Shown: positions 1 through 9,769, counted from the first letter of the stretch. The stretch: DNA of 33,808 nucleotides from Candidatus Bruticola sp. (GCA_051874735.1 JBJEGD010000035.1:65488-99295); one strand, 5' to 3'. Numbers and translations are program-made. Notes: generated from the sequence alone by a model not told the origin.

Positions 1-1349
1 CGGAAACGAATGCTTCTTATGTCCACACTTTTGTTCACGGCGATAAAGATACTGCCGAGACTGTGACCGTCAACAATGTAAGCACTTACGCTACCCATGT
101 TGTCGCTTCTTATTACGATAAAGATGGCAAGTTAGTGGCTGCCGGTCAAAACGATCTTTCCTTTGGTACTTCTAATAGCGCTGAAGTGGCTGAACCTGAA
201 GTTGCCGAAGTTAAAGGTGTTGAGTTATTAGCCTCTAATCATGTGGTAGCTCTTAATGGCGAAACTAATTTAGTAGTAGCTGGGACTATCGGTGAAGGCG
301 ACGAGGAAAAAGATCTTAACTTGACAGCTTTTGCTGACATTAAGGGCATCGATGCCGCGACTCTCCAGCCTTATTATGAATCTGAGATGGGCATTACTTA
401 CACTGGCATTAAGTACGGCACTGTCAGTGATGCTTACGCTGAAATTGGCGGCGAGAAGTACGCTCTCGAAAATCCTATTTATGCAACTGATCAGACTGTA
501 GCCGCTTTAGAAGTCGTTCCCGACGGTGATACTCCCTGCTCTATTTACGACAGAAATAAAATTGAGCTTCTGTATGCTCCCGATAAAGACAGTGAAGGCA
601 AAGTTGTCAACGGCTCATTCGGTTTAAATTTTGTTGATTTGTATAAAGTTGAAGACACCGAATTTAAAGAAGTTTCTTTAGTAGCTGCTGTCAATAGTGT
701 TCCTCTTCAAGTACCGGCAGTTTACACTAATGAAGATGGCAAAGGGCCTCAGCCTCAGAATATCGATTTGCTTGCTGAAAACGACAGCAATTTGAAGTTG
801 AACATTATCCCCGGTAATGAAGAGGGCGATGCTTCTCTGTTGCAAATAGACGACTTAGGTGTACTGCAGATCAATGGTCTGAGCAATGATCTGGGCAATA
901 TCGACTCTTACCGCGTTGAAGCTGTCTATGGTGAGGGTGAAGACGCTCCTACCGATTCCTTAGATGTAGAGGCTATCGATGGTCAGCCTTCATTGCAGCT
1001 TTGCGAGAGCACCTCAGAGGGTATTGTTTATACTACTGAGTTAGTTGCTAATAAAGGTGCAGAGTTTAAGGCTAATCTCATGCTTTATGGCCGTTTGGCT
1101 TTTGGTGAATTCTTCCAATCTCAGCCTATTGCCATTAGCGAGAGCATTATCGCGGCCGATGCTTATCCTGCTGCTAAACCTATAGACAGCGAGTATATGA
1201 CCTTCGTTCAGGATGAAGAAGGAGCTAACGGCTACACCTTTAGCTACGATGGTTCCAGTGAAGTTACCGAAGGTTGCACTTTAGACTTAGAAGCTATAGA
1301 TAAAGCGCCTACCTTTAAGCCAACTGAAGTTACTTTTGCTGAATTATAA
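1..1349 (+). CDS. Surface lipoprotein paralog 1 (5'-truncated by window edge)
   Basis: Frame is open from base 3 (ETNASYVHTF...) and is near-identical to 1772 onward inside paralog 2, so the GTG at 63 is not the real start. Acidic, beta-rich composition. Confidence 0.85.
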   Translation, partial: ETNASYVHTFVHGDKDTAETVTVNNVSTYATHVVASYYDKDGKLVAAGQNDLSFGTSNSAEVAEPEVAEVKGVELLASNHVVALNGETNLVVAGTIGEGDEEKDLNLTAFADIKGIDAATLQPYYESEMGITYTGIKYGTVSDAYAEIGGEKYALENPIYATDQTVAALEVVPDGDTPCSIYDRNKIELLYAPDKDSEGKVVNGSFGLNFVDLYKVEDTEFKEVSLVAAVNSVPLQVPAVYTNEDGKGPQPQNIDLLAENDSNLKLNIIPGNEEGDASLLQIDDLGVLQINGLSNDLGNIDSYRVEAVYGEGEDAPTDSLDVEAIDGQPSLQLCESTSEGIVYTTELVANKGAEFKANLMLYGRLAFGEFFQSQPIAISESIIAADAYPAAKPIDSEYMTFVQDEEGANGYTFSYDGSSEVTEGCTLDLEAIDKAPTFKPTEVTFAEL

Positions 1350-1378
1350 CTTAAGTTAGTTGCCATTCGCTAGCTAGC

Positions 1379-1430
1379 GGTCCCCCAGCTGTTTTATGGT
1401 AAAATAAATCAGCTGGGGGGCTTTTTTGTT
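1379..1430 (+). terminator. Intrinsic terminator after paralog 1
   Basis: Stem GTCCCCCAGCTG / CAGCTGGGGGGC followed by TTTTTTGTT. Confidence 0.8.
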
Positions 1431-1515
1431 GTCCACATACTGAGAAGGAATAGACTAAAATTTACTTAAGTAGAGCTTCACTTTATAAGAAAAAAGGAGT
1501 CTGCCGTATTTTCCT

Positions 1516-3132
1516 ATGATTAAAAAGAATACGTTTCGTTTTGTTGCCTTTACGGCTGCTGCTTTGGGAGTAAGCTTATTAGTATCAGGCTGCGGTGACA
1601 GTGGCTCTACTACTCCCAACGATTTAAATGCCAAATACGGCAAAGTAACTTTTAATTACAATGTTTTAGCCGCTTCTGCTGCTAAAGCTACCGATGTGCA
1701 GGCTGAAATTGTCACCGTAAAGTATGCCTTCTACGGTCTTAAAGAGGGTGGCGCCCGTTTCGTAAGCGGTCCGGAAACGAATGCTTCTTATGTCCACACT
1801 TTTGTTCACGGCGATAAAGATACTGCTGAGACTGTGACCGTCAACAATGTAAGCACCTATGCTACTCACGTTGTCGCTTCTTATTACGATAAAGATGGCA
1901 AGTTAGTGGCTGCTGGTCAGAACGATATCTCTTTTGGAACTTCCAACACTGTCGAAGTGACTGAACCTGAAGTTGCTGAAGTTAAAGAAGTTGAGTTATT
2001 AGCCTCTAATCATGTGGTTGCTCTCAACGGTGAAACTAATTTAGTAGTAGCTGGAACTATCGGTGAAGGCGACGAGGAAAAAGATCTTAACTTGACAGCT
2101 TTTGCTGATATTAAGGGCATCGATGCCGAAACTCTCAAACCTTATTATGAATCTGAGATGGGCATTACTTACACTGGCATTAAGTACGGCACTGTCAGTG
2201 ATGCTTACGCTGAAATTGGCGGCGAGAAGTACGCTCTCGAAAATCCTATTTATGCAACTGATCAGACTGTAGCCGCTTTAGAAGTCGTTCCCGACGGTGA
2301 TACTCCCTGCTCTATTTACGACAGAAATAAAATTGAGCTTCTGTATGCTCCCGATAAAGACAGTGAAGGCAAAGTTGTCAACGGCTCATTCGGTTTAAAT
2401 TTTGTTGATTTGTATAAAGTTGAAGACACCGAATTTAAAGAAGTTTCTTTAGTAGCTGCTGTCAATAGTGTTCCTCTTCAAGTACCGGCAGTTTACACTA
2501 ACGAAGATGGCAAAGGGCCTCAGCCTCAGAATATCGATTTGCTTGCTGAAAATGACAGCAATTTGAAGTTGAACATTATCCCCGGAAATGAAGATGGCGA
2601 TGCTTCTCTGTTGCAAATAGACGACTTAGGTGTACTGCAACTCAAGGGTTTGAACTATGAACTTGGTAAGGTCAACTCTTACCGCGTTGAAGCTGTCTAT
2701 GGTGAGGGTGAAGATGCCCCTACCGATTCTTTAGAGGTAGAAGCTGCCGATGGTCAGCCTTCATTGCAGCTTTGCGCAATCACTCCAGAGGGTATTACTT
2801 ATGCTCCTAATATAAATATTCTTGATAACGATAAGGTAACGGTCAATCTCGCACTTTACGGTTGTTTGACTTTTAGTAGATTATTCCAATCTCAGCCTAT
2901 TGCCGTTAGCGAGAGTATTATTGCGGCCGATGCTTATCCTGCGGCTAAACCTATAGACAGCGAGCATATGACCTTCGTTCAGAATGAGAAAGGGGCCAAT
3001 GACTACACATTTGATTACGATGGCTCGGAAGATGTTCACAATAGCACCTTAGATTTAGAGGCTATAGAAAATGCTCCTACCTTTGTACCATCTGAGGTTA
3101 TAGCGGAGGGAATTATTATAGTTGTACCTTAA
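1516..3132 (+). CDS. Surface lipoprotein paralog 2 (538 aa)
   Basis: Signal peptide MIKKNTFRFVAFTAAALGVSLLVSG-C with lipobox; AAGGAG at 1494-1499; shared motif YYDKDGKLVAAG. Confidence 0.85.
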   Translation: MIKKNTFRFVAFTAAALGVSLLVSGCGDSGSTTPNDLNAKYGKVTFNYNVLAASAAKATDVQAEIVTVKYAFYGLKEGGARFVSGPETNASYVHTFVHGDKDTAETVTVNNVSTYATHVVASYYDKDGKLVAAGQNDISFGTSNTVEVTEPEVAEVKEVELLASNHVVALNGETNLVVAGTIGEGDEEKDLNLTAFADIKGIDAETLKPYYESEMGITYTGIKYGTVSDAYAEIGGEKYALENPIYATDQTVAALEVVPDGDTPCSIYDRNKIELLYAPDKDSEGKVVNGSFGLNFVDLYKVEDTEFKEVSLVAAVNSVPLQVPAVYTNEDGKGPQPQNIDLLAENDSNLKLNIIPGNEDGDASLLQIDDLGVLQLKGLNYELGKVNSYRVEAVYGEGEDAPTDSLEVEAADGQPSLQLCAITPEGITYAPNINILDNDKVTVNLALYGCLTFSRLFQSQPIAVSESIIAADAYPAAKPIDSEHMTFVQNEKGANDYTFDYDGSEDVHNSTLDLEAIENAPTFVPSEVIAEGIIIVVP

Positions 3133-3160
3133 TTTAGTTTAGCTATTATTCATTAGTTGA

Positions 3161-3214
3161 GGCTCCTTCGGCTGTTTTATGTCAAAATAAATCAGCCGAG
3201 GAGCTTTTTTTGTT
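3161..3214 (+). terminator. Intrinsic terminator after paralog 2
   Basis: Stem GCTCCTTCGGCTG / CAGCCGAGGAGC plus T7; homologous to 1379..1430. Confidence 0.8.
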
Positions 3215-3304
3215 GCCTGTACGCTGAAAGGAAAATATCCGAAATTTATTTAATTAGCGTAAATCGCGTTATATCAAAAGAAAGGTGGGCTTTTCCGTTT
3301 ATTT

Positions 3305-4924
3305 ATGATTAAAAAGAATACATTCCGTTTTGCTGCTTTTACTGCTGCCGCTTTAGGGCTAAGTTTATTAGTATCCGGCTGCGGTGACGGCGGTTCTGTC
3401 GAGCCTAATCCTTTAGACGGTCTCCCTCGCATCGTAAATTCAGTTACTTTTAATTATAAGCTGTTGGCAGAGACTGTCGCCAATGCCAGACAGGAGATCG
3501 AACCCTCTATAACTTCTGTTAAGTTTTCTTTTGTAGGATTGCGTGACAAAGTCGCTTTTTGCGACATTACAGATAGCTACAAATTGGAGCACGGTTCCGA
3601 AGATACTGATTACGATTTAGTAGTAGAAAACGTTGATCCTAATTCGACAAAAGTTACAGCCGCTTATTTTGATAAAGATGGCAACTTAGTAGCTGTAGGT
3701 GTAAATGAGCTGAATTGGCACGAGCAAAATGCTACTGTAGGTTCTCCAGTCGTAACCAATTTGGGCAACGATTATATTGTTGGACTTTCAACTGACAAAG
3801 ATTTTTTGCCTCTTAATAGTGACGTACAGTTCTCCCTCAATATTCTTCCTGAGGGAGAGGAATTGCCCGTCGATATAACTCCTTTTGCTACTTTCAGCGG
3901 CATAGATGAAAATGTTTTTGCTCCATCTGCTAGTAAACTTCCTGGAGCTTACAGTGTCATAGGGTACGGACATATTGAAAAAGAAGCGATCTCTGCTTCA
4001 GTTGGCTCTATTAAAGCCTCTATACTCGAAGAAATTTATGCAACCGATCAAGTTCCTGCCAAAATTTCTTTTATTAGTTTTAATCCGGAAATTTCTCCTT
4101 TATATGAATCTGGGTCGATGGAAGCTACTAATCAGTACGTTATACTTCAATCTGATGGTGATCAAGATACTTTCGGTAAAGACTATGTTTACATGAGAGA
4201 CAAAGATTATATCAACAGCTATCGAAAATTAGAGGAGAAAGACTTTAACCGCTTTGCAGCTGCGGTTAACGATATGAAGTTTAAAGTTGTAATTGACGCC
4301 TATACTAATATCGATGGAAAAGGGCCTGTTCCAGAAGTTCCCGTTGATATTACGGCAAGTGATAAACTTTCACTGGCAATTACTAGGGTAACGGATCCGG
4401 ATAACCCTGTGGAATATGGTGAGGCTGATATCCACGCCTTCATTGAGGATCAAACTTTAAAAATCCGCAATATGTCTGACGATATAGAAACTTATAATGT
4501 CTGTGCGTCCTATAACTACAACGATGAAAGTGCTTGTGGTACTGACATTCGTTTGTCTGCGTCAAAAGTTAAATCTCGCTTGCGTTTCCAAGACGTCACC
4601 TATTACGGCAATTTCTTGATGTTAGATCTGAAATTCTCTGAAATTATACAGTACAATAGGATTTTAGTTAAAGGTCAAATTTGTGCTTTAGATGGTGCTT
4701 TCTTCAGTGCTCCTATTGATGTTCCTGAAAGTTTAATAGGTGCTGGAGAATATCCCGATGTAGCCCCTATCTCCGATCTTAATCTTAACTATTACAAACA
4801 ATTAGAACAGGGAGCTAACGGTTACGGCTTTCAGTTTAATGAATCTCCTGTGGCTCCTGTTGCGCTCGATTTAGCAAAGCCTACAACTCCAGCTTTTGAT
4901 CCGGTTGTTTTGAGCCGTAAGTAA
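3305..4924 (+). CDS. Surface lipoprotein paralog 3 (539 aa)
   Basis: Signal/lipobox nearly identical to paralog 2 (LLVSG-C); shared motifs YFDKDGNLVAVG, IYATDQ, YTNIDGKGP, GANGYGF; mature region strongly diverged. Confidence 0.85.
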   Translation: MIKKNTFRFAAFTAAALGLSLLVSGCGDGGSVEPNPLDGLPRIVNSVTFNYKLLAETVANARQEIEPSITSVKFSFVGLRDKVAFCDITDSYKLEHGSEDTDYDLVVENVDPNSTKVTAAYFDKDGNLVAVGVNELNWHEQNATVGSPVVTNLGNDYIVGLSTDKDFLPLNSDVQFSLNILPEGEELPVDITPFATFSGIDENVFAPSASKLPGAYSVIGYGHIEKEAISASVGSIKASILEEIYATDQVPAKISFISFNPEISPLYESGSMEATNQYVILQSDGDQDTFGKDYVYMRDKDYINSYRKLEEKDFNRFAAAVNDMKFKVVIDAYTNIDGKGPVPEVPVDITASDKLSLAITRVTDPDNPVEYGEADIHAFIEDQTLKIRNMSDDIETYNVCASYNYNDESACGTDIRLSASKVKSRLRFQDVTYYGNFLMLDLKFSEIIQYNRILVKGQICALDGAFFSAPIDVPESLIGAGEYPDVAPISDLNLNYYKQLEQGANGYGFQFNESPVAPVALDLAKPTTPAFDPVVLSRK

Positions 4925-5384
4925 ACTATGTAAAAATAGTGTGTCAGGCTGCCGAGCTGCCGCTAGTGTAGGTCGCTTGACAGGTTATTTCCGAGCAGTT
5001 GCTCTCTCTCGAAATAGTGAATTCTTCTTGGGAAGGGCAGCTGCTTTCTTATGTCCTATTTTTAAAGTTTGGGCTTAAGTTGGAGTAGTGGTAAATTAAC
5101 TGTTAAAGGTGCCATAAATGGTAAGGTATGACTGCTTACTGATAGTGAGTCTGTGTAAGGCTTATTTTCTGCCCAGGCAGGAGGGGAGGCAGGTTTCGGG
5201 AAAGTAAGCTGAATAACGTATATAATGCTATGTGCTGCAGAATCAGCTGTCTGCAATGAGCTAGTCAGGCAGCTCCAGCCTTTCGCAGTTTCTAGATTAT
5301 AAAAGCGGAGAGTATTTGAGTATATTTGCGCGTTTTTATCAGCGCAGCTGGACTCTTTATATATTTGAGAGGAATAAAAAGAAC

Positions 5385-7022
5385 ATGGCTCAATTCGCCC
5401 ATAAGAATCTATACGGATTCGCTGCTTTTGCAGCTGCTAGTTTGGCTCTTTGCTTTACTGCTGCCGGATGCAGCGATGATACTTCTAATCCCGATCCTTT
5501 TGCGCTGAACCGAGGCACAGTTACTTACAATTATACTAAGGCTGTGGCCAAGGCTGCTGAACTTCCTGCCGGTGCTGTAAAAGCCTACTATACTTTTAGT
5601 AACGACGACGCTTTTGTTTATACGGCTGAAGTTTCTATTAGTGACGCTGATGAGGAAGAAACTGCTGTTGGTGAACCGGTAGAACGTACTACAACCATTG
5701 AGCAGGTGCCCATTGAAGCCACCAAAGTTTCGGTGATGTATTTCAATAATGAGGGAAATCCTGTCGGTATTGGTGTTGACGAATTGAACTGGACCAAGGA
5801 CGCCAATGGAGCTTCATCGGCTGTGGTTGAAGAGCCCGATTACATGAACAGCGAGCTCATAGCTGCCGGTATTAAAGCTGAGACCATGAATTTTGATATC
5901 ATGACCTCCGCTCCATGCGTCAACAAAGGCGGTCACATCTGGGTAAAGCCTATTCTTTCCTACACCAATGGCTTGGGACGCCATGTGGCTTTTGATCTCA
6001 GTGCTTTCGCTTCCTACGATTTGCATAAGTCTCACGCCGATCAGCCTACATATTTGGAAGAGGACAGCTATAAAGGCTATGTTCTTAATGTCGCTCCCCC
6101 TGCTATTGGCGAGGCAATAGTCGATAATGGCAATGCCGAAGGTGAAGGTGAAGAAGCCGCTAAAGTTACAGCTAAGTCTTCTTCTGAATCGTCGACCCCT
6201 GGTTACTACTATGCTGTTGAGTACGGTCAGCAGACGGTTACTGTTTCTTTAGAGGATTTAGCTGCTTTAGGGATTGCATCTAAATCTACAGTTGTCTATG
6301 TGAGCGATGCTACATTAAAAGAAGTCAAAATTTCCGGCGATAAGGATGTGTATGTAGTCGTTCCCGAGTACGATTTCGGCCTGGAATCGGTGCTGGTTGA
6401 GGGTGTGGGGTTGTCGGATGTTCCTTTCTATACAACTTCATTTGAAGCTGTAGGCAGTTATGTCGGCACTAAAGGTCCCAGCTTTACAGCTGCTGCTAGC
6501 AAGTATGTGCGGTGGAATTTGTCTTCAGATGCAGATGTTACTTACACTCAAGATGCCGAAGGGCGTTTATTAGTAACTTCTCAGGCTACTTCTTTAAAAG
6601 ACATTGTTGTTTCTGCTGAATTCGGTAGCAATAAAGATCAAGTTACGCTGCACTCTTTACCCGCTGTTTCCAAAATCAAAATTGATATGGATGAGAGCAT
6701 ACCGGCCGGTAGTGGAACTAGCGGTACGATAGATAGTTACTTCTTAGTTTCTACCGATGCAGGTGAAGTGGCTACTTCGAGCAGTAGTCTTCCCGCAGAG
6801 GGATATCGTAGAATCAAACTGCTGACTCCGGTAAGCACCATGGCTTTGAGTTCACCTACTTTTATTAAAAATGAAACTGGAGACGGACTTGTTCTGATTC
6901 TTGATAAAGAAGAAGAAGGTACTTCCGTCAGTCTGTCTGCTGTTTACAGCGATAGAACGAAAAATTTTGTTGTCAGCACCGATCCTTTCACTGTACAGGT
7001 TACTGCTGGCGAAGGTGCATAA
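5385..7022 (+). CDS. Surface lipoprotein paralog 4 (545 aa; ATG 5385 preferred to TTG 5316)
   Basis: GAGAGGA upstream of ATG 5385, which gives a clean signal peptide MAQFAHKNLYGFAAFAAASLALCFTAAG-C; motifs GTVTYNY, YFNNEGNPVGIG, KGP. Confidence 0.8.
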   Translation: MAQFAHKNLYGFAAFAAASLALCFTAAGCSDDTSNPDPFALNRGTVTYNYTKAVAKAAELPAGAVKAYYTFSNDDAFVYTAEVSISDADEEETAVGEPVERTTTIEQVPIEATKVSVMYFNNEGNPVGIGVDELNWTKDANGASSAVVEEPDYMNSELIAAGIKAETMNFDIMTSAPCVNKGGHIWVKPILSYTNGLGRHVAFDLSAFASYDLHKSHADQPTYLEEDSYKGYVLNVAPPAIGEAIVDNGNAEGEGEEAAKVTAKSSSESSTPGYYYAVEYGQQTVTVSLEDLAALGIASKSTVVYVSDATLKEVKISGDKDVYVVVPEYDFGLESVLVEGVGLSDVPFYTTSFEAVGSYVGTKGPSFTAAASKYVRWNLSSDADVTYTQDAEGRLLVTSQATSLKDIVVSAEFGSNKDQVTLHSLPAVSKIKIDMDESIPAGSGTSGTIDSYFLVSTDAGEVATSSSSLPAEGYRRIKLLTPVSTMALSSPTFIKNETGDGLVLILDKEEEGTSVSLSAVYSDRTKNFVVSTDPFTVQVTAGEGA

Positions 7023-7050
7023 TAGCTTGTAGTTAATATGCTACGCGATT

Positions 7051-7097
7051 GGGTAGTCGCTTCCGCTGTGAGCTTGCGGCTGCCCTTTCTTTGTTTT
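7051..7097 (+). terminator. Intrinsic terminator after paralog 4
   Basis: GGGTAGTCGC / GCGGCTGCCC stem (with G-U pairs) followed by TTTCTTTGTTTT. Confidence 0.7.
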
Positions 7098-7192
7098 AAT
7101 TGTCTATTTATTCAAGCGGCACAGAGGAGAGCTGCTTTTGATGGCAGGTTATTAGTTGTTTCGCTTCCTTATTTTTATAGAAAGGATTTTTT

Positions 7193-8557
7193 ATGCAGTA
7201 TTTTCTGAAACTTAAGAAAACGTTCAGAATTTTTATCGCATTTCTGTGTGTGCTCAGCTTGTGCGCTGTGTTAAGCGGCTGCTCTGATGATGATGAATTG
7301 GGCAATCCTTCGCGCGCTTCCATTCTGGTAACTCATGAAATTTCTTCAGGCAAAATAGCTGCTTCTGCTCGTGCTTTAGGTCCTGATATTCATAGTGTCG
7401 TTTACTACTGCTACAACAGTCAGGGAGTCCGTACTTTCGGTCCAGCTCAATTGGTGAAGGCGCATCAAGTTCTGCTGCAGGCTGTTCCCGTCGAATCTGT
7501 CTCTATAGGTATGACTTATTACGATAGTGATGGTAAGGCGGTGGCTTATTACAGCCAGCCGGTAAGTTTAAAAATTGGCGAAGTTTATGAAGTAACTAAT
7601 CCCAACTGGAACTATCTCGATGAACTGGATAACTTAGTAGGCTTAAAAATCGCTCAGAATGACATGCGCATTCATACCGGCGATGATGCTGTTTTCTACG
7701 CTTTAGCCTTGTTTAAAGATTCTGAAAGTTCTTTAGTCTATCCTCAGTTGTTTACTAGCATGTGCTCTTGGAAGAGCAGTAATACTGAAGTAGCTTCCTT
7801 GACTAAAAGAGGGGATGACGGCAACGAGGTCACTTTAGGCGACGGTAAATTTTACACCTTAACTGCCGGTACCTCCGAAATTAGTGCTTCTTTTAACGGA
7901 TTGTCAGATACCGTCGCGTTAGAAGTGACGGACGCCTCTGTGGAATCAGTCACTTTTAATGTTGAGGAAATTACTTTACCTTTGGGGCTTCCTTCTTACA
8001 AATGCCCGGCTATAGCCCATTGGTCCGATGGTGTTGATAGCGACGTCAGCTTTCAAAGCAACTGGACTTCTTCTAATACTGAGCGTGTTTTAGCCAGTTA
8101 CGGTTCTATTTTCCCCAAAGCTTGTCAAGGAGAAGAAGAAACTGCCGCTTCCGTGATTGCTTCATTTACTTCAGAGAATAAGGCTCATCAGGCTACCTGC
8201 AAAGTAACCGTAGTTGACGGATCTTTCAAAGGATTGTCTCTCAATATTAGGCCGTATCCTTTATATGTTGGAGAAACCAGCAATATTGAAGTAGGTGCTA
8301 TTTTTGCAGTAAACGGTAGTACGGAAACTTACGAGCTGGGTAATTACAGTGAGTATATCATTACCTCTTCTAAACCTGAAGTAGCCTCTTTAAATGTTTG
8401 GGGCACTGAATTGACTGGCCGTTCTGTTGGCAGCACTGATTTGAAGGTCATTGTCAAGAATGACTACATTGGAAAAGAAGAAAAATCTGTAACTGTCGAT
8501 GTAACAGAGCCGGTCTCGTCTGATGAGGGTGCCGATCTCGCGGCTGATGGTGAGTAA
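7193..8557 (+). CDS. Surface lipoprotein paralog 5 with Ig-like (Big_2-like) repeats
   Basis: Lipobox VLSG-C; N-domain motif YYDSDGKAVA; three Big_2-type segments WKSSNTEVASL, WTSSNTERV, ITSSKPEVASL. Confidence 0.8.
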   Translation: MQYFLKLKKTFRIFIAFLCVLSLCAVLSGCSDDDELGNPSRASILVTHEISSGKIAASARALGPDIHSVVYYCYNSQGVRTFGPAQLVKAHQVLLQAVPVESVSIGMTYYDSDGKAVAYYSQPVSLKIGEVYEVTNPNWNYLDELDNLVGLKIAQNDMRIHTGDDAVFYALALFKDSESSLVYPQLFTSMCSWKSSNTEVASLTKRGDDGNEVTLGDGKFYTLTAGTSEISASFNGLSDTVALEVTDASVESVTFNVEEITLPLGLPSYKCPAIAHWSDGVDSDVSFQSNWTSSNTERVLASYGSIFPKACQGEEETAASVIASFTSENKAHQATCKVTVVDGSFKGLSLNIRPYPLYVGETSNIEVGAIFAVNGSTETYELGNYSEYIITSSKPEVASLNVWGTELTGRSVGSTDLKVIVKNDYIGKEEKSVTVDVTEPVSSDEGADLAADGE

Positions 8558-8578
8558 TTGTTACTTATATAGATGACT

Positions 8579-8630
8579 AATAAATACGGTCTCCCGCTCT
8601 GTACAGAGCTGGAGACCGTATTTATTTTTG
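8579..8630. terminator. Bidirectional terminator between lipoprotein array and radical SAM gene
   Basis: AATAAATACGGTCTCC-c-GCTCTG-ta-CAGAGC-t-GGAGACCGTATTTATT inverted repeat with A/T-rich flanks between convergent genes. Confidence 0.85.
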
Positions 8631-8662
8631 TTCAGTTTATACAAACTATTTTAGAAAGAGGC

Positions 8663-9769
8663 TTACTTGTCTTCAGCTTTCCAGCGTTCTGCACTTCCTG
8701 GTATTTCTGCACTGAGCCTTTCTAAAATGGCTTTCATAGCTTCACACATAATAGTTTGCTGTTCAGGGTTGCCGCTCAGCTGTCGCTCCCAAGCACAGCC
8801 GCCTCGGCAGAAATGGAACCATTTACAGCTGCGGCAGTTGACGGGAATTTGAGCCCAACGCCTGAAGAATTCTATAGCTTTAGGCGAAGTCATCAGTTCT
8901 TTTAAAGTATTTTGATGAATATTGCCCAAGCAGAATTCTTTCATGCCAGAAAATTCATCACAGGGATAGACGTCGCCATTGTGGGCAAAACCGACAAAAT
9001 GGGAGCATTTTCCCTGCAATTTGCAGTAGTGAGGAGTATGACCGGCTAGTTTACGAGAAATTTCAGAAAGAATGCGCACTCTGAAATTAGGGTTATTTAA
9101 AGCGAGCCAGCGATCTAGCACGCGCATAATAAATTGTTTATACTCTTGGCCGCTGATTTCTACTTCAAAATGACCTTGATGGTAACGGGTAGAGGGAACG
9201 AAATCCATCTCTTTGAAGCCCTGTGCTTCAAACCAATTAACCATTTTTTCTGGGTAGGGCAAACCCGCCGGAGTGAGTACTGCTGAAACTCGCGGATTTA
9301 TACCGACAGCCCGCAGACAGGATATACCTCTCCAAACTTCTTCAAAGCTGCCTTGCCCGGCTCGGGTTCCGGCCCGATATACTCTTTGGTTGTTGTGAAT
9401 TTCGGGCGGTCCGTCTAAACTTACTGTCACCGCAAAATTGCGGTCGGACAATAGCTGCGCCCATTCTTCATTTATAAGGGTTCCATTAGTCTGCAGACCG
9501 TGGTAAACGGAGCGTCCTGCAAAATAGCGGTCGACTAACTCCAGGGCTTCTGTAAAGCGCTTTACGCCGTATAAAGTAGGCTCGCCGCCGAACCAGAGAA
9601 GATGGATAGACCCTTGAGTGTTTTGGGCTACAGCTTCGAGTGATTTTTCTAAGGTGGCTCGGTCCATAAAATAACCAGAGCCCAGCTTCCCGTCTTGACA
9701 GCAGTACTTACAGGCGAGATTGCAGGACTCGGTTAACTTAAAGACTGGCCTTAATTGGCCGGAAATCAC
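8663..9769 (-). CDS. Radical SAM/SPASM domain enzyme (anSME-like, probable peptide maturase)
   Basis: CNLACKYC (CxxxCxxC), GGEP, QTNG, SLDG; SPASM C-x5-C-x14-C(D)...CxxC-x5-C-x3-C-x16-C; no N-terminal RRE; GTG start overlaps the stop of the upstream peptide (GTGA). Confidence 0.9.
   Translation of the reverse strand: MISGQLRPVFKLTESCNLACKYCCQDGKLGSGYFMDRATLEKSLEAVAQNTQGSIHLLWFGGEPTLYGVKRFTEALELVDRYFAGRSVYHGLQTNGTLINEEWAQLLSDRNFAVTVSLDGPPEIHNNQRVYRAGTRAGQGSFEEVWRGISCLRAVGINPRVSAVLTPAGLPYPEKMVNWFEAQGFKEMDFVPSTRYHQGHFEVEISGQEYKQFIMRVLDRWLALNNPNFRVRILSEISRKLAGHTPHYCKLQGKCSHFVGFAHNGDVYPCDEFSGMKEFCLGNIHQNTLKELMTSPKAIEFFRRWAQIPVNCRSCKWFHFCRGGCAWERQLSGNPEQQTIMCEAMKAILERLSAEIPGSAERWKAEDK

Larger units (their letters stand above)
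1..3132 (+). repeat. Tandem gene duplication, offset 1771 bp (1..1349 vs 1772..3132)
   Basis: cggaaacgaatgcttcttatgtccacact occurs at 1 and 1772; 369..730 is identical to 2140..2501 by line-by-line comparison; 3' parts diverge in patches. Confidence 0.95.

Noticed and set aside
860-3132. Diversity-generating retroelement TR/VR pair in the duplicated lipoproteins
   Set aside because: Differences involve all four bases and many synonymous sites, not adenines only; no reverse transcriptase in the window.
9766-9768. Selenocysteine read-through or peptide-enzyme fusion at the peptide TGA
   Set aside because: The enzyme is in a different frame; GTGA is an ordinary coupling overlap, also seen at 13800-13803.
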